Source: an uncultured Actinomycetes bacterium
Lineage (GTDB): Bacteria > Actinomycetota > Actinomycetes > Nanopelagicales > Nanopelagicaceae
Reading direction: 5' to 3'
Assembly (NCBI GenBank): GCA_903916385.1
Contig: CAIWWH010000031.1
Span: forward strand, 1-57,189
DNA: 57,189 nucleotides
The notes under the pieces are model-generated. The model had not been told where the DNA came from and did not search any database. It was given only the letters and a program-made list of their open reading frames with translations. Position numbers and translations under genes: made by a program. How positions within the stretch are numbered: the first letter of the stretch is position 1; each line of letters begins with the position of its first letter. Positions 48,982-57,189 of the stretch are shown here, in pieces.

Positions 48982-50187
48982 ATGTCAATCATTACTCGAA
49001 AGAAGAGCGGAAAGAAGCAGAGAGCTCCACTCTCGCAGCGGACTTGGTCAATCGGCTTTCTGAGCCTGGCCGTAGTCATCTACATCTTCTACACCTACAT
49101 CGTTCCGCACACCTCAGATGGATTCCAGAGTCAGATCCAGACCTGGTTCCCGCCATCAGCTCTCAATGAAGCGCTGGTCTGGGTGATTGCAGCCCTAGGT
49201 CTCAATATTGTGGTCGGCTATGCCGGGTTACTTGACCTTGGTTTCGTGGCCTTCTGGGCGATTGGTGGCTACACCGCCGGTTGGTTGATGTCAGGATTCT
49301 TCAATCAGTGGAATATCCACTTTGGCTCAGAGAGCGCAAAGGTAATCCCTGGTATCCACCTCTCCTTCTGGTTAGTTCTCATCCTTGGCGCGTTGCTCTG
49401 CGCCTTCTTTGGAATTGTCATCGGAGCACCAACGCTGCGTTTGAAGAGTGATTACTTAGCCATCGTGACTCTCGGCTTTGGAGAGATCATTCCTCAGATC
49501 TTTGTGAATGGTGAAAATATCCATGGATTTAATCTTTCGAATGGAACCAAAGGAATTTCCCCGGTGGATTCCATTGGAATCTTCGGCAAGCGCCTTGGGC
49601 CATTCGATCTGAACTACAAGTACATGATCTTCGTATTCATGGCTGCGCTCATGGTCTTTATCTCACTGCGCCTTCGCAGTGGACGTCTTGGTCGAGCCTG
49701 GCTCGCAATTCGCGAAGATGAACTTGCCGCCAGCATGATGGGCGTTCCGCTGATGAAGACGAAGCTTGCTGCTTACGCAGTGGGTGCGATCTCTGGTGGT
49801 CTCGCCGGTGTTGCTTACGCGACGCACGTTAACGGTATCTTTGCTGAGCGTTTTCAATTCTCCATCTCCATCATCCTTCTCGCCATGGTAGTTCTCGGCG
49901 GCATGGGTAATGTCTGGGGCGTTATGGTCGGAGCGCTGTTAATCGCGTGGGTTAACTCGACGGGTCTGCCTGCTCTTGGAAATGAGATCAATAGCACCTT
50001 CAAGACAAATATCAACTTCCCGTCATACACCTTCCTGATCTTCGGAGCGCTGCTCATCTTGATGATGCTCTTCCGTCGTGAGGGGTTGCTACCTGAATCA
50101 CGACTGAAGTTGATGCTGCACGAGAGCGATGCCGAAGAGGGCAATGAGGCGCCGCACGATCAAATTAGCGAAGAGGGGGCCATGTAA
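48982..50187 (+). CDS. livM: Branched-chain amino-acid ABC transporter permease (LivM type)
   Basis: About 400-aa polytopic protein (GYAGLLDLGFVAFWAIGGY). ATG 48982, just after the livH stop, is preferred. ATG 48949 remains possible. Confidence 0.86.
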   Translation: MSIITRKKSGKKQRAPLSQRTWSIGFLSLAVVIYIFYTYIVPHTSDGFQSQIQTWFPPSALNEALVWVIAALGLNIVVGYAGLLDLGFVAFWAIGGYTAGWLMSGFFNQWNIHFGSESAKVIPGIHLSFWLVLILGALLCAFFGIVIGAPTLRLKSDYLAIVTLGFGEIIPQIFVNGENIHGFNLSNGTKGISPVDSIGIFGKRLGPFDLNYKYMIFVFMAALMVFISLRLRSGRLGRAWLAIREDELAASMMGVPLMKTKLAAYAVGAISGGLAGVAYATHVNGIFAERFQFSISIILLAMVVLGGMGNVWGVMVGALLIAWVNSTGLPALGNEINSTFKTNINFPSYTFLIFGALLILMMLFRREGLLPESRLKLMLHESDAEEGNEAPHDQISEEGAM

Positions 50188-50978
50188 TGGCGCTAGATTC
50201 TGCTCCAGTTCTTGAAGCGAAGAACATCTCCGTTGAGTTCGGTGGGTTGAAGGCGGTAGATGATGTCTCCTTTGACATCCCCGACCGCAGCGTCGTCAGC
50301 CTCATCGGACCCAACGGTGCCGGTAAGACCACTTTCTTCAACGTCCTAACCGGTCTCTACAAGCCAACATCTGGCTTCGTCGTCTACAACGGCGAAGATA
50401 TCACCGGTGTAGTCCCACACAAGATCGCCGAGAAGGGAGTTGCTCGTACCTTCCAGAACATTCGCCTTTTCGGTCTTATGACTGCAGAAGAGAATGTCAT
50501 GGTCGCGATGCACTCGCACCTCAAGGCAGGAATCGTCGGAACCATTATCGGCACTCCACAGCAACGACGTGAAGAGCGCGAAGCACGCGAGGAAGCACAG
50601 GCTCTTCTCAACTTCGTTGGAATCGGAAAGACAGCAAAGGAGTTCGCGCGCAATCTCTCCTACGGCGATCAGCGTCGCCTCGAGGTTGCTCGCGCGCTAG
50701 CGCTTCGTCCTAAAGTTCTCTTGCTCGATGAGCCAACTGCAGGAATGAACCCCCAAGAATCGGCTGTCTTTGTCGACTTCGTCTATAAGGTGCGCGATGA
50801 GAAAGAGATTGCAATCCTCTTGATCGAACACGATATGTCAGTGGTCATGAAGGTCTCAGAGCGCATCACCGTTCTCGATCGTGGAACAAAGATCGCTGAA
50901 GGTTCACCAGCCGACATTAAATCCAACCCTCGCGTAATCGAGGCCTATCTCGGTAAGTCTGCGGAGGTTAATCACTAA
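50187..50978 (+). CDS. livG: Branched-chain amino-acid ABC transporter ATP-binding protein (LivG type)
   Basis: Walker A GPNGAGKTT, signature LSYGDQRRLE and Walker B LLLDEP. Confidence 0.92.
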   Translation: MALDSAPVLEAKNISVEFGGLKAVDDVSFDIPDRSVVSLIGPNGAGKTTFFNVLTGLYKPTSGFVVYNGEDITGVVPHKIAEKGVARTFQNIRLFGLMTAEENVMVAMHSHLKAGIVGTIIGTPQQRREEREAREEAQALLNFVGIGKTAKEFARNLSYGDQRRLEVARALALRPKVLLLDEPTAGMNPQESAVFVDFVYKVRDEKEIAILLIEHDMSVVMKVSERITVLDRGTKIAEGSPADIKSNPRVIEAYLGKSAEVNH

Positions 50979-51682
50979 TGCTTAAAGTAGATAAGCTCGA
51001 AGTTGCCTACGGAAATATCAAGGCAATTAAAGGAATCTCTCTTGAAGTAAATAAGGGCGAGATCGTTACCCTCATTGGCTCGAATGGTGCAGGCAAGTCA
51101 ACAACCTTGCGCGCCATCTCAGGTCTTCTTAAGCCTAAAAGTGGAACGATCTCCTTCGAAGGTGATCGCATCGATGGCAAAGAGGGACATGAGATCGTCG
51201 CCAAGGGAATTTGCCAATCACCCGAAGGTCGTCGCATCTTCCCTCGCATGAGCGTCTCCGAGAATCTAGATCTCGGTGCCTTCTTACGTAATGATCGTGA
51301 AGGGGTTGCTGCTGATCGTGAGCGAGTTCTCGAACTCTTCCCACGCCTCGCAGAACGTATTAATCAGAAGGCGGGAACGATGAGTGGTGGAGAGCAGCAG
51401 ATGCTCGCCGTTGGTCGCGCCCTCATGGGTAGCCCATCTTTGCTCTTGCTCGACGAGCCTTCAATGGGTCTGGCTCCAGTTCTCGTAGATATGATCTTCG
51501 AGACTATTACTAAGATCAATGAACAAGGCACGACCATCTTGCTGGTGGAACAAAATGCTCTGGCGGCACTTAATGTGGCTCACCGCGCTTATGTTCTTGA
51601 GTCGGGAAACATCAAATTAAGCGGCAAGGCCAAGGACCTTATCTCTGATCCAGAGGTTACAAAGGCCTACCTCGGAGGCTAA
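50978..51682 (+). CDS. livF: Branched-chain amino-acid ABC transporter ATP-binding protein (LivF type)
   Basis: Walker A GSNGAGKST, signature MSGGEQQML and Walker B LLLDEP. Confidence 0.92.
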   Translation: MLKVDKLEVAYGNIKAIKGISLEVNKGEIVTLIGSNGAGKSTTLRAISGLLKPKSGTISFEGDRIDGKEGHEIVAKGICQSPEGRRIFPRMSVSENLDLGAFLRNDREGVAADRERVLELFPRLAERINQKAGTMSGGEQQMLAVGRALMGSPSLLLLDEPSMGLAPVLVDMIFETITKINEQGTTILLVEQNALAALNVAHRAYVLESGNIKLSGKAKDLISDPEVTKAYLGG

Positions 51683-51688
51683 GAGCTA

Positions 51689-52090
51689 CTACTCGCTTAG
51701 GATGAGGCTGGTGATGCGCGCCGTACAGGTTCGCTCGCCGGCCTCATTTGTTATTACGATCTCATAGCAGGCGAGGGTGCGACCCCGCGAAACTGGGGTC
51801 GCCACTCCTGTGACTAGCCCTTCGCGGGCGGGCTTGTGGTGGGTCGCATTGATATCGACCCCAACCGTTCGTTTGGAACCGCCAGCATGCATCCATGCCC
51901 CGAGTGAACCGAGCAGCTCCGCCAAAACCACATTAGCGCCACCGTGCAGCAATCCGAAGGCCTGGGTATTTCCCTCCACGGGCATCGTGGCCACGACGCG
52001 CTCGGGGGAGGCTTCAATAATCTTTATGCCCATCTTGTGGTCGAGGGCTCCGATGCCACGCTCTTCAATCTTTTTTAGGTAATCGGTCAT
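51689..52090 (-). CDS. PaaI-family hotdog-fold thioesterase
   Basis: 133 aa with the family pattern LHGGANVVLAE...GVDINATHH. Confidence 0.82.
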   Translation of the reverse strand: MTDYLKKIEERGIGALDHKMGIKIIEASPERVVATMPVEGNTQAFGLLHGGANVVLAELLGSLGAWMHAGGSKRTVGVDINATHHKPAREGLVTGVATPVSRGRTLACYEIVITNEAGERTCTARITSLILSE

Positions 52091-52096
52091 GGCCCA

Positions 52097-52102
52097 ATCG
52101 TA
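52097..52102 (-). promoter_or_regulatory. Candidate -10 hexamer TACGAT (minus strand), 6 nt upstream of the thioesterase ATG
   Basis: The minus strand reads TACGAT-TGGGCC-ATG. Matches TANNNT, with no SD. Confidence 0.35.
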
Positions 52103-52125
52103 ACGCCCGTGTCACCAATCCACTC

Positions 52126-52131
52126 TAGAAT
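52126..52131 (+). promoter_or_regulatory. Candidate -10 hexamer TAGAAT, 7 nt upstream of the polA ATG (leaderless-type)
   Basis: TAGAAT-CCTATGA-ATG. No SD. Confidence 0.4.
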
Positions 52132-52138
52132 CCTATGA

Positions 52139-54703
52139 ATGAAAAGGTTACTGCTGATTGATGGCCACTCAATGGCTTATCGCGCCTTCTACGCGCTACC
52201 CGTTGAAAACTTTCGCAGCAGTAAAGGTCAGCCCACCAATGCGATCTACGGCTTTGGCTCTATGCTCGTCAATCTGATCAGCAGCGAGAAGCCGACGCAC
52301 TTGGCGGTTGCATTCGATGTCTCGCGAAAGACCTTTCGCACTGAGATGTTCCCGGAGTACAAGGCAACTCGTGCGGCGACCCCCGATGAATTTCGATCGC
52401 AGATGTCTTATATAAATGAGCTCGTCGATGCTCTTGGTATTCAACGATTTGCCATCGAGGGATTTGAAGCCGATGACATTCTGGCAACTCTCTCTTCGCG
52501 AGCGGTGCTCGATGGATTTGAAGTACTTATTTGTACCGGCGATCGAGACTCGTTCCAATTGGTGACTCCCGAAATAACCGTCTTATACCCAAAAAAGGGT
52601 GTCACCGAGATGAGCCGCATGACTCCGGATGCGGTCTTTGAAAAGTATGGCTTGACTCCATTGCAGTATCCCGATTTTGCCGCGTTGCGCGGGGACCCCA
52701 GCGATAATCTACCTTCGGTTCCAGGTGTCGGTGAAAAGACAGCAACAAAGTGGATCGCAGATTTTGGATCCTTACAGAAACTAACCGATGCGATTGAAAC
52801 AATTCCTGGCAAGGTGGGGGAGTCACTCAGGGCAAATATTGGTCTTGTTCAACTTAATCGGGAGTTAACTGCCCTCCGCCACGACCTCGACATAGATACC
52901 AGCATCGCCGATCTAGAGTGGAAGGGTCCTGATTTCGCAGTTGCAGAACCTCTCCTAGATTCTCTTGAGATAAAAGCGCTGAAGGATCGGATACGCACCC
53001 TCGGAGGCAGCTCACCTAAAGTGGAAGAGGTTCGCGAGAAGGTAGATATCCCTACCATTTCAGATCAGGAGCTGGTTCGTAAGTTGAAAGGGCGCGTGGA
53101 ACCGATCGCCCTCTACACCGATGGCCTTTTTAGCGAGGGAAATTTCGCAGTTGCTCTTTCGGCGGATGAGGTCTACCGAGTTGAAGGCCCTGCAGGCGAG
53201 TGGATTTTGGATATCTCCCTTCCCAAGTGGCTGCATAACGCAAAGCGCTCACTGCGCGTACAAGAAATTGCTGGCGTCGCCTTTGATACCGAACTTGCTG
53301 CATACTTAATAAACCCCGGAGGTCGAAACTTAGAGATTGCAGATCTCACCCAACGTTTTTTAGAGATTTCGATTCCTGATGCCGCCGACGATCTCTTTGC
53401 GACCTACAACCCTCACCTCGCAGGAGCGATCTTTGCCCTCGTTCCTGTCCTGTGGCGCGAGATGGAAGATCGCAAATTAACGGATCTCTTTAATGATCTC
53501 GAAATGCCCACCCTCCTCGAACTTGCTGAGATGGAGCGCCTCGGGATCGCTGTGGATCGCAAGAAACTAGAAGCCCTGCGCTCCTTCTTCCTTGGTGAAG
53601 TAGAGCGAGAGACCAAAGCCGCACATGCAGTTGCAGGACATGAATTCAATATTGGTTCGCCAAAGCAACTTCAAGTCGTGCTCTTCGATGAGTTAAAGCT
53701 TCCTAAGACCAAAAAAATTAAGACGGGGTATACGACAGATGCCGAGAGTTTGGAAGGGTTGGCTGTTAAGACGGGTCATCCCATCTTGGCTCACCTCTTG
53801 CGGATCCGCGAAACCAGCAAGTTGCTGACGACTGTCGATGGACTTCTTGCGGCTACAACAAGCGATGGCAGAATTCACACCACATTTCAACAGACGGTCG
53901 CTGCGACCGGTCGCCTATCTTCCACCGATCCAAATTTGCAGAACATCCCGGTGCGTACCGAGGAAGGGCGTCAGATCCGAGATTGTTTCATCGCCGCTAC
54001 ACCCTATAAAAACTTGTTGACCGCCGATTACAGTCAGATTGAGATGCGGATTATGGCCCATCTCTCGCAAGATGCCGGGCTGATCGCCGCATTTAAGAGT
54101 GGGGAGGATCTGCATAGCACTGTGGGTTCTCAGGTTTTTGGAGTAGATGTAAAGAGCGTCACGCCCGAGATGCGCCGTCAGATTAAGGCGATGTCCTACG
54201 GGCTGGCATACGGACTCTCTGCCTTTGGGTTAGCGCAACAATTAAACCTCTCTCCGGGCGATGCCCAGGCTTTAATGCACCAGTACTTCCAACGCTTCGG
54301 CGGAATTCAGGATTACCTTAAAACTGTTGTCGATGAAGCTCGGACAAAGGGATATACCGAGACCATTCTCGGGCGCAGGCGTTATCTCCCTGATCTTTCC
54401 AGTGATAATCGGCAGCGGCGAGAAGTTGCCGAGCGCATGGCTCTTAACGCTCCGATCCAAGGATCTGCCGCAGATATCATCAAAGTTGCGATGCTCAACG
54501 TCTCGCATCTGATGAAGCAGAGAGATTTAAAGTCAAGACTTTTGCTGCAGGTGCATGACGAATTGATATTTGAAATTGCCGGTGCTGAAGAGGAAGAGCT
54601 CTCAACCTTGGTTCGTCAGGAGATGGAGTCCGCAGTGACTCTCTCGCTCCCTCTCTCGGTCAATATTGGGGTCGGAGCAAGTTGGGATCTAGCGGCGCAT
54701 TAA
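52139..54703 (+). CDS. polA: DNA polymerase I
   Basis: 854 aa with a 5'-nuclease N-terminus (LLLIDGHSMAYRAFYA) and family A polymerase motifs (DYSQIEMRI, RRQIKAMSYGLAYG, QVHDEL). Confidence 0.96.
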   Translation: MKRLLLIDGHSMAYRAFYALPVENFRSSKGQPTNAIYGFGSMLVNLISSEKPTHLAVAFDVSRKTFRTEMFPEYKATRAATPDEFRSQMSYINELVDALGIQRFAIEGFEADDILATLSSRAVLDGFEVLICTGDRDSFQLVTPEITVLYPKKGVTEMSRMTPDAVFEKYGLTPLQYPDFAALRGDPSDNLPSVPGVGEKTATKWIADFGSLQKLTDAIETIPGKVGESLRANIGLVQLNRELTALRHDLDIDTSIADLEWKGPDFAVAEPLLDSLEIKALKDRIRTLGGSSPKVEEVREKVDIPTISDQELVRKLKGRVEPIALYTDGLFSEGNFAVALSADEVYRVEGPAGEWILDISLPKWLHNAKRSLRVQEIAGVAFDTELAAYLINPGGRNLEIADLTQRFLEISIPDAADDLFATYNPHLAGAIFALVPVLWREMEDRKLTDLFNDLEMPTLLELAEMERLGIAVDRKKLEALRSFFLGEVERETKAAHAVAGHEFNIGSPKQLQVVLFDELKLPKTKKIKTGYTTDAESLEGLAVKTGHPILAHLLRIRETSKLLTTVDGLLAATTSDGRIHTTFQQTVAATGRLSSTDPNLQNIPVRTEEGRQIRDCFIAATPYKNLLTADYSQIEMRIMAHLSQDAGLIAAFKSGEDLHSTVGSQVFGVDVKSVTPEMRRQIKAMSYGLAYGLSAFGLAQQLNLSPGDAQALMHQYFQRFGGIQDYLKTVVDEARTKGYTETILGRRRYLPDLSSDNRQRREVAERMALNAPIQGSAADIIKVAMLNVSHLMKQRDLKSRLLLQVHDELIFEIAGAEEEELSTLVRQEMESAVTLSLPLSVNIGVGASWDLAAH

Positions 54704-55884
54704 TCCGTCGCGCGCTCTCGATCAAAGGGTTTGAGCCAACGTTGCCCGACCATGATCAGCACAAATCCCAGCGCAAAAGTTGCACCTGTGATTGCAAAGC
54801 AGAAGTGCGGTGAAAAGTGCTGCGAGAAGAAGCCTCCGGTTGATTGACCGATTGCCGCAAAGGAACCTTCGACAGTCCAGATCCAGCCGATTGCAGCAGC
54901 GGCGCTGCCTTGCGGCCTGATTACTTCAAGTTGCTCGAGGTAGAAGACCTGCTCCGCACCTCCTATGAATCCGAAGAGAGCAAGGACGAGCAGGAAGGCC
55001 CAGCCAGGATTTACAAAAGCCATTGGCACAGTGGAGAGGAACCAGAAAGCGTAGATCGCTCTAAATCCAGCGACCGGGGCTATCTGACGACCCAGCGAGC
55101 CAGCTACCAGGCTTCCCAAAATTGAAAGAGCTGCAGTTGTGCCGAAGGCGAGACCCGCAAAGCGCGGTTCGTTATGTAGTGAGCTGATCGCAGGAATTCC
55201 GATTTGGAAATTCCCCGTCCCGTAACCGATCAGAACTCCTTCAGCGAGTAATAGACGAAAGCCTGCGGTGCGAAAGAGAGTCTGCCCACCAGCCTCGCGC
55301 TGCTCGGGGCGCCACTGCTTGGTGAATTTCAACGAGGAGAGTGCGATACCTCCGATCAGGATCAATATTGCAGTGGTAAGCAAGCCGCTCGCGGGGTGGC
55401 CAGAGAGGGCCAAGGTGGTTGCCAGCGCCGGCCCAAGAACGACACCTAAATTCATGGATGCCGTATCGATAGCGATCGCAGTCCGGTATTGCTCTTCTGG
55501 GACGGCGGTGCGCCACATTGGTCGGACGGAGAGGTTGATGGGAGGTGCCGTAAGCCCCAAGAGAGCGGAGAATATGATCAACAATCGCGCCCCATGGCAG
55601 AGATCCAGCGAGGCAAGCGCCACCGCATAAGCAGGAACGAAGACCCGAAGCGGGATCTTGAGCCCCAATCGGTCGATCACTGCCGCTCTCATCCCGGTGC
55701 TCAGGGAGCCCACAATTCCACTGGCGCCTGCTGCTAAACCGGCGATCGTGATGGAGTGGGTGTCATCTTTCACCTTGAAGAAGATGTCCAGACTGACCAT
55801 CCCATAAGCGAGGCGAGCGGGGAAGGCGGCTAGCATCATCGCCAGCGCCCTCGGATTCTTCAAAATTACCCAATAAGCCCGCAC
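54700..55884 (-). CDS. MFS transporter
   Basis: 394 aa with about 12 predicted hydrophobic helices. GTG start. Its stop codon overlaps the polA stop on the opposite strand (TTAA). Confidence 0.8.
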   Translation of the reverse strand: MRAYWVILKNPRALAMMLAAFPARLAYGMVSLDIFFKVKDDTHSITIAGLAAGASGIVGSLSTGMRAAVIDRLGLKIPLRVFVPAYAVALASLDLCHGARLLIIFSALLGLTAPPINLSVRPMWRTAVPEEQYRTAIAIDTASMNLGVVLGPALATTLALSGHPASGLLTTAILILIGGIALSSLKFTKQWRPEQREAGGQTLFRTAGFRLLLAEGVLIGYGTGNFQIGIPAISSLHNEPRFAGLAFGTTAALSILGSLVAGSLGRQIAPVAGFRAIYAFWFLSTVPMAFVNPGWAFLLVLALFGFIGGAEQVFYLEQLEVIRPQGSAAAAIGWIWTVEGSFAAIGQSTGGFFSQHFSPHFCFAITGATFALGFVLIMVGQRWLKPFDRERATD

Positions 55885-55891
55885 AGAGTGC

Positions 55892-55897
55892 AGTCTA
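55892..55897 (-). promoter_or_regulatory. Candidate -10 hexamer TAGACT (minus strand), 7 nt upstream of the MFS GTG
   Basis: The minus strand reads TAGACT-GCACTCT-GTG. Matches TANNNT, with no SD. Confidence 0.35.
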
Positions 55898-56008
55898 GAC
55901 CCTGCATAACAAAGTCAGTTTGACCCTCATACCGCGCCTGCGTACCCTTAGCCTTTCGCACGCCGTGCGAGATTTACGAACGACTATTTTCTATTCCTAC
56001 GGAGCAAC

Positions 56009-57189
56009 TTGAGCACTATTCACGCAGTAAATGACATTGGCAGCGCAGAAGATTTTCTAGCCGCAATCGAAGGCACAATAAAGAATTTCAATGATGGAGA
56101 TCTAGTCTCTGGAATCGTCGTCCAGATAGATCGCGAAGAGGTACTCCTCGATATTGGATATAAGACCGAAGGTGTAATTCCCTCTCGTGAGCTCTCCATT
56201 CGCCACGACATCGATCCATCAGAGATCGTAAAGCTCGGCGATCGCGTAGAAGCCTTGGTCCTCCAGAAGGAAGATAAAGAAGGTCGCCTCATCCTCTCCA
56301 AGAAGCGCGCTCAATACGAGCGTGCCTGGGGCGAGATTGAGGGCAAGAAGGAGCGCGACGAGGTCGTCACTGGTTTGGTCATTGAAGTTGTCAAGGGTGG
56401 CTTGATCGTTGATATTGGACTCCGCGGATTCCTACCTGCATCTCTCGTTGAGATGCGTCGCGTCCGTGATCTCACTCCTTACATCGGCAAGGAAGTTGAA
56501 TGCCGCATCATCGAGCTTGATAAGAACCGCAACAATGTTGTTCTCTCTCGCCGTGCCTACCTTGAGCAGACACAATCTGAATCGCGCACCACATTCCTCA
56601 ACCAGCTCACCAAGGGTCAAGTACGTACCGGCGTCGTTTCATCGATCGTAAACTTCGGAGCCTTCGTAGATCTCGGTGGAGTAGATGGCTTGGTTCACGT
56701 CTCCGAACTCTCTTGGAAGCACATTGATCACCCAAGTGAAGTTGTTGAAGTGGGAGATGAAGTCACTGTTGAAGTTCTCGAAGTTGACTTCGAGCGCGAG
56801 CGCGTCTCGCTCTCTCTCAAGGCAACTCAAGAAGATCCTTGGCAGGCCTTTGCTCGTACCCACACCATCAACCAAGTTGTTCCTGGTGAGGTCACAAAGT
56901 TGGTTCCATTCGGCGCATTTATCCGCGTCTTTGAAGGAATCGAAGGCCTGGTACATATCTCTGAGTTGGCCGAGCGCCACGTTGAGATTCCAGAGCAGGT
57001 TGTCCAGGTTGGCGATGAGCTCTTCGTAAAGATCATCGATATTGATCTTGAGCGCCGTCGTATCTCACTCTCCCTCAAGCAGGCTAACGAGGGTCACGAA
57101 GTAGAGATCGAAGCTTTCGATCCATCGCAATATGGAATGCCAGCTCGCTACGATGCTGAAGGAAACTTCATCTACCCAGAGGGCTTTGA
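56009..57189 (+). CDS. rpsA: 30S ribosomal protein S1, N-terminal ~393 codons (runs off the 3' edge; absent from the ORF track)
   Basis: TTG 56009 has GGAG 4 nt upstream. The translation (M)STIHAVNDIGSAEDFLAAIEGTIKNFNDGDLVSG...GVIPSRELS...FGAFVDLGGVDGLVHVSELSW...IYPEGF shows repeated S1 domains and tracks mycobacterial RpsA closely. No stop before the window end. Confidence 0.93.
   Translation, partial: MSTIHAVNDIGSAEDFLAAIEGTIKNFNDGDLVSGIVVQIDREEVLLDIGYKTEGVIPSRELSIRHDIDPSEIVKLGDRVEALVLQKEDKEGRLILSKKRAQYERAWGEIEGKKERDEVVTGLVIEVVKGGLIVDIGLRGFLPASLVEMRRVRDLTPYIGKEVECRIIELDKNRNNVVLSRRAYLEQTQSESRTTFLNQLTKGQVRTGVVSSIVNFGAFVDLGGVDGLVHVSELSWKHIDHPSEVVEVGDEVTVEVLEVDFERERVSLSLKATQEDPWQAFARTHTINQVVPGEVTKLVPFGAFIRVFEGIEGLVHISELAERHVEIPEQVVQVGDELFVKIIDIDLERRRISLSLKQANEGHEVEIEAFDPSQYGMPARYDAEGNFIYPEGF

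Noticed and set aside
1-57189. Presence of a defence system, toxin-antitoxin pair, prophage or biosynthetic gene cluster
   Set aside because: Every ORF of meaningful length is assignable to a housekeeping family in conserved synteny. The only poorly defined proteins are the DsbA-like protein, VIT transporter, PaaI thioesterase, MFS transporter and the 51-aa ORF. These are isolated single genes, not a system.

Overview
The window is a densely packed, about 95% coding core-chromosome segment of a streamlined, mid-GC actinobacterium. GC was judged by eye and not computed, and no genus can be assigned. Nearly everything is on the plus strand. In order: the mraZ 3' end; a complete dcw division/cell-wall cluster (rsmH, ftsL-like, ftsI, murE, murF, mraY, murD, ftsW, murG, murC, ftsQ, ftsZ, pgeF/ylmD, yggS/ylmE, sepF, yggT); convergent ileS; a histone-H1-like/DksA-like fusion protein; lspA, rluD, dnaE; a fused his-trp block (hisD C B H, priA/hisA, hisF, hisI, trpE, a small membrane ORF, trpC B A); a DsbA-like protein, lgt and a VIT-family transporter; gltB, gltD, pyk; one tRNA; the ANTAR response regulator pdtaR; a five-gene branched-chain amino-acid ABC transporter; a PaaI thioesterase (minus strand); polA; an MFS transporter (minus strand); and the 5' part of rpsA. 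The hisD-to-rpsA part is colinear with M. tuberculosis Rv1599-Rv1630, and the whole window follows the Streptomyces core arrangement. I found no mobile elements, CRISPR, defence islands, prophage or biosynthetic clusters, and no convincing new multi-gene system. The items most worth a second look are listed here. (1) A well-folded class-I tRNA carries the leucine anticodon CAA, and its 3' end abuts the pdtaR start codon. (2) Two perfect in-frame tandem repeats are present: 12 nt x5 in the ileS leader, where no T-box is recognisable, and 15 nt x3 inside pgeF. (3) divIVA is missing from its conserved slot. (4) lspA has conserved coding sequence but no canonical start codon. (5) A 51-codon membrane ORF missed by the ORF track lies between trpE and trpC. 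(6) A TANNNT-N6-7-start (leaderless) architecture recurs. (7) The leader of the transporter binding-protein gene next to pdtaR is structured and could mask its SD (ribosome-binding site).
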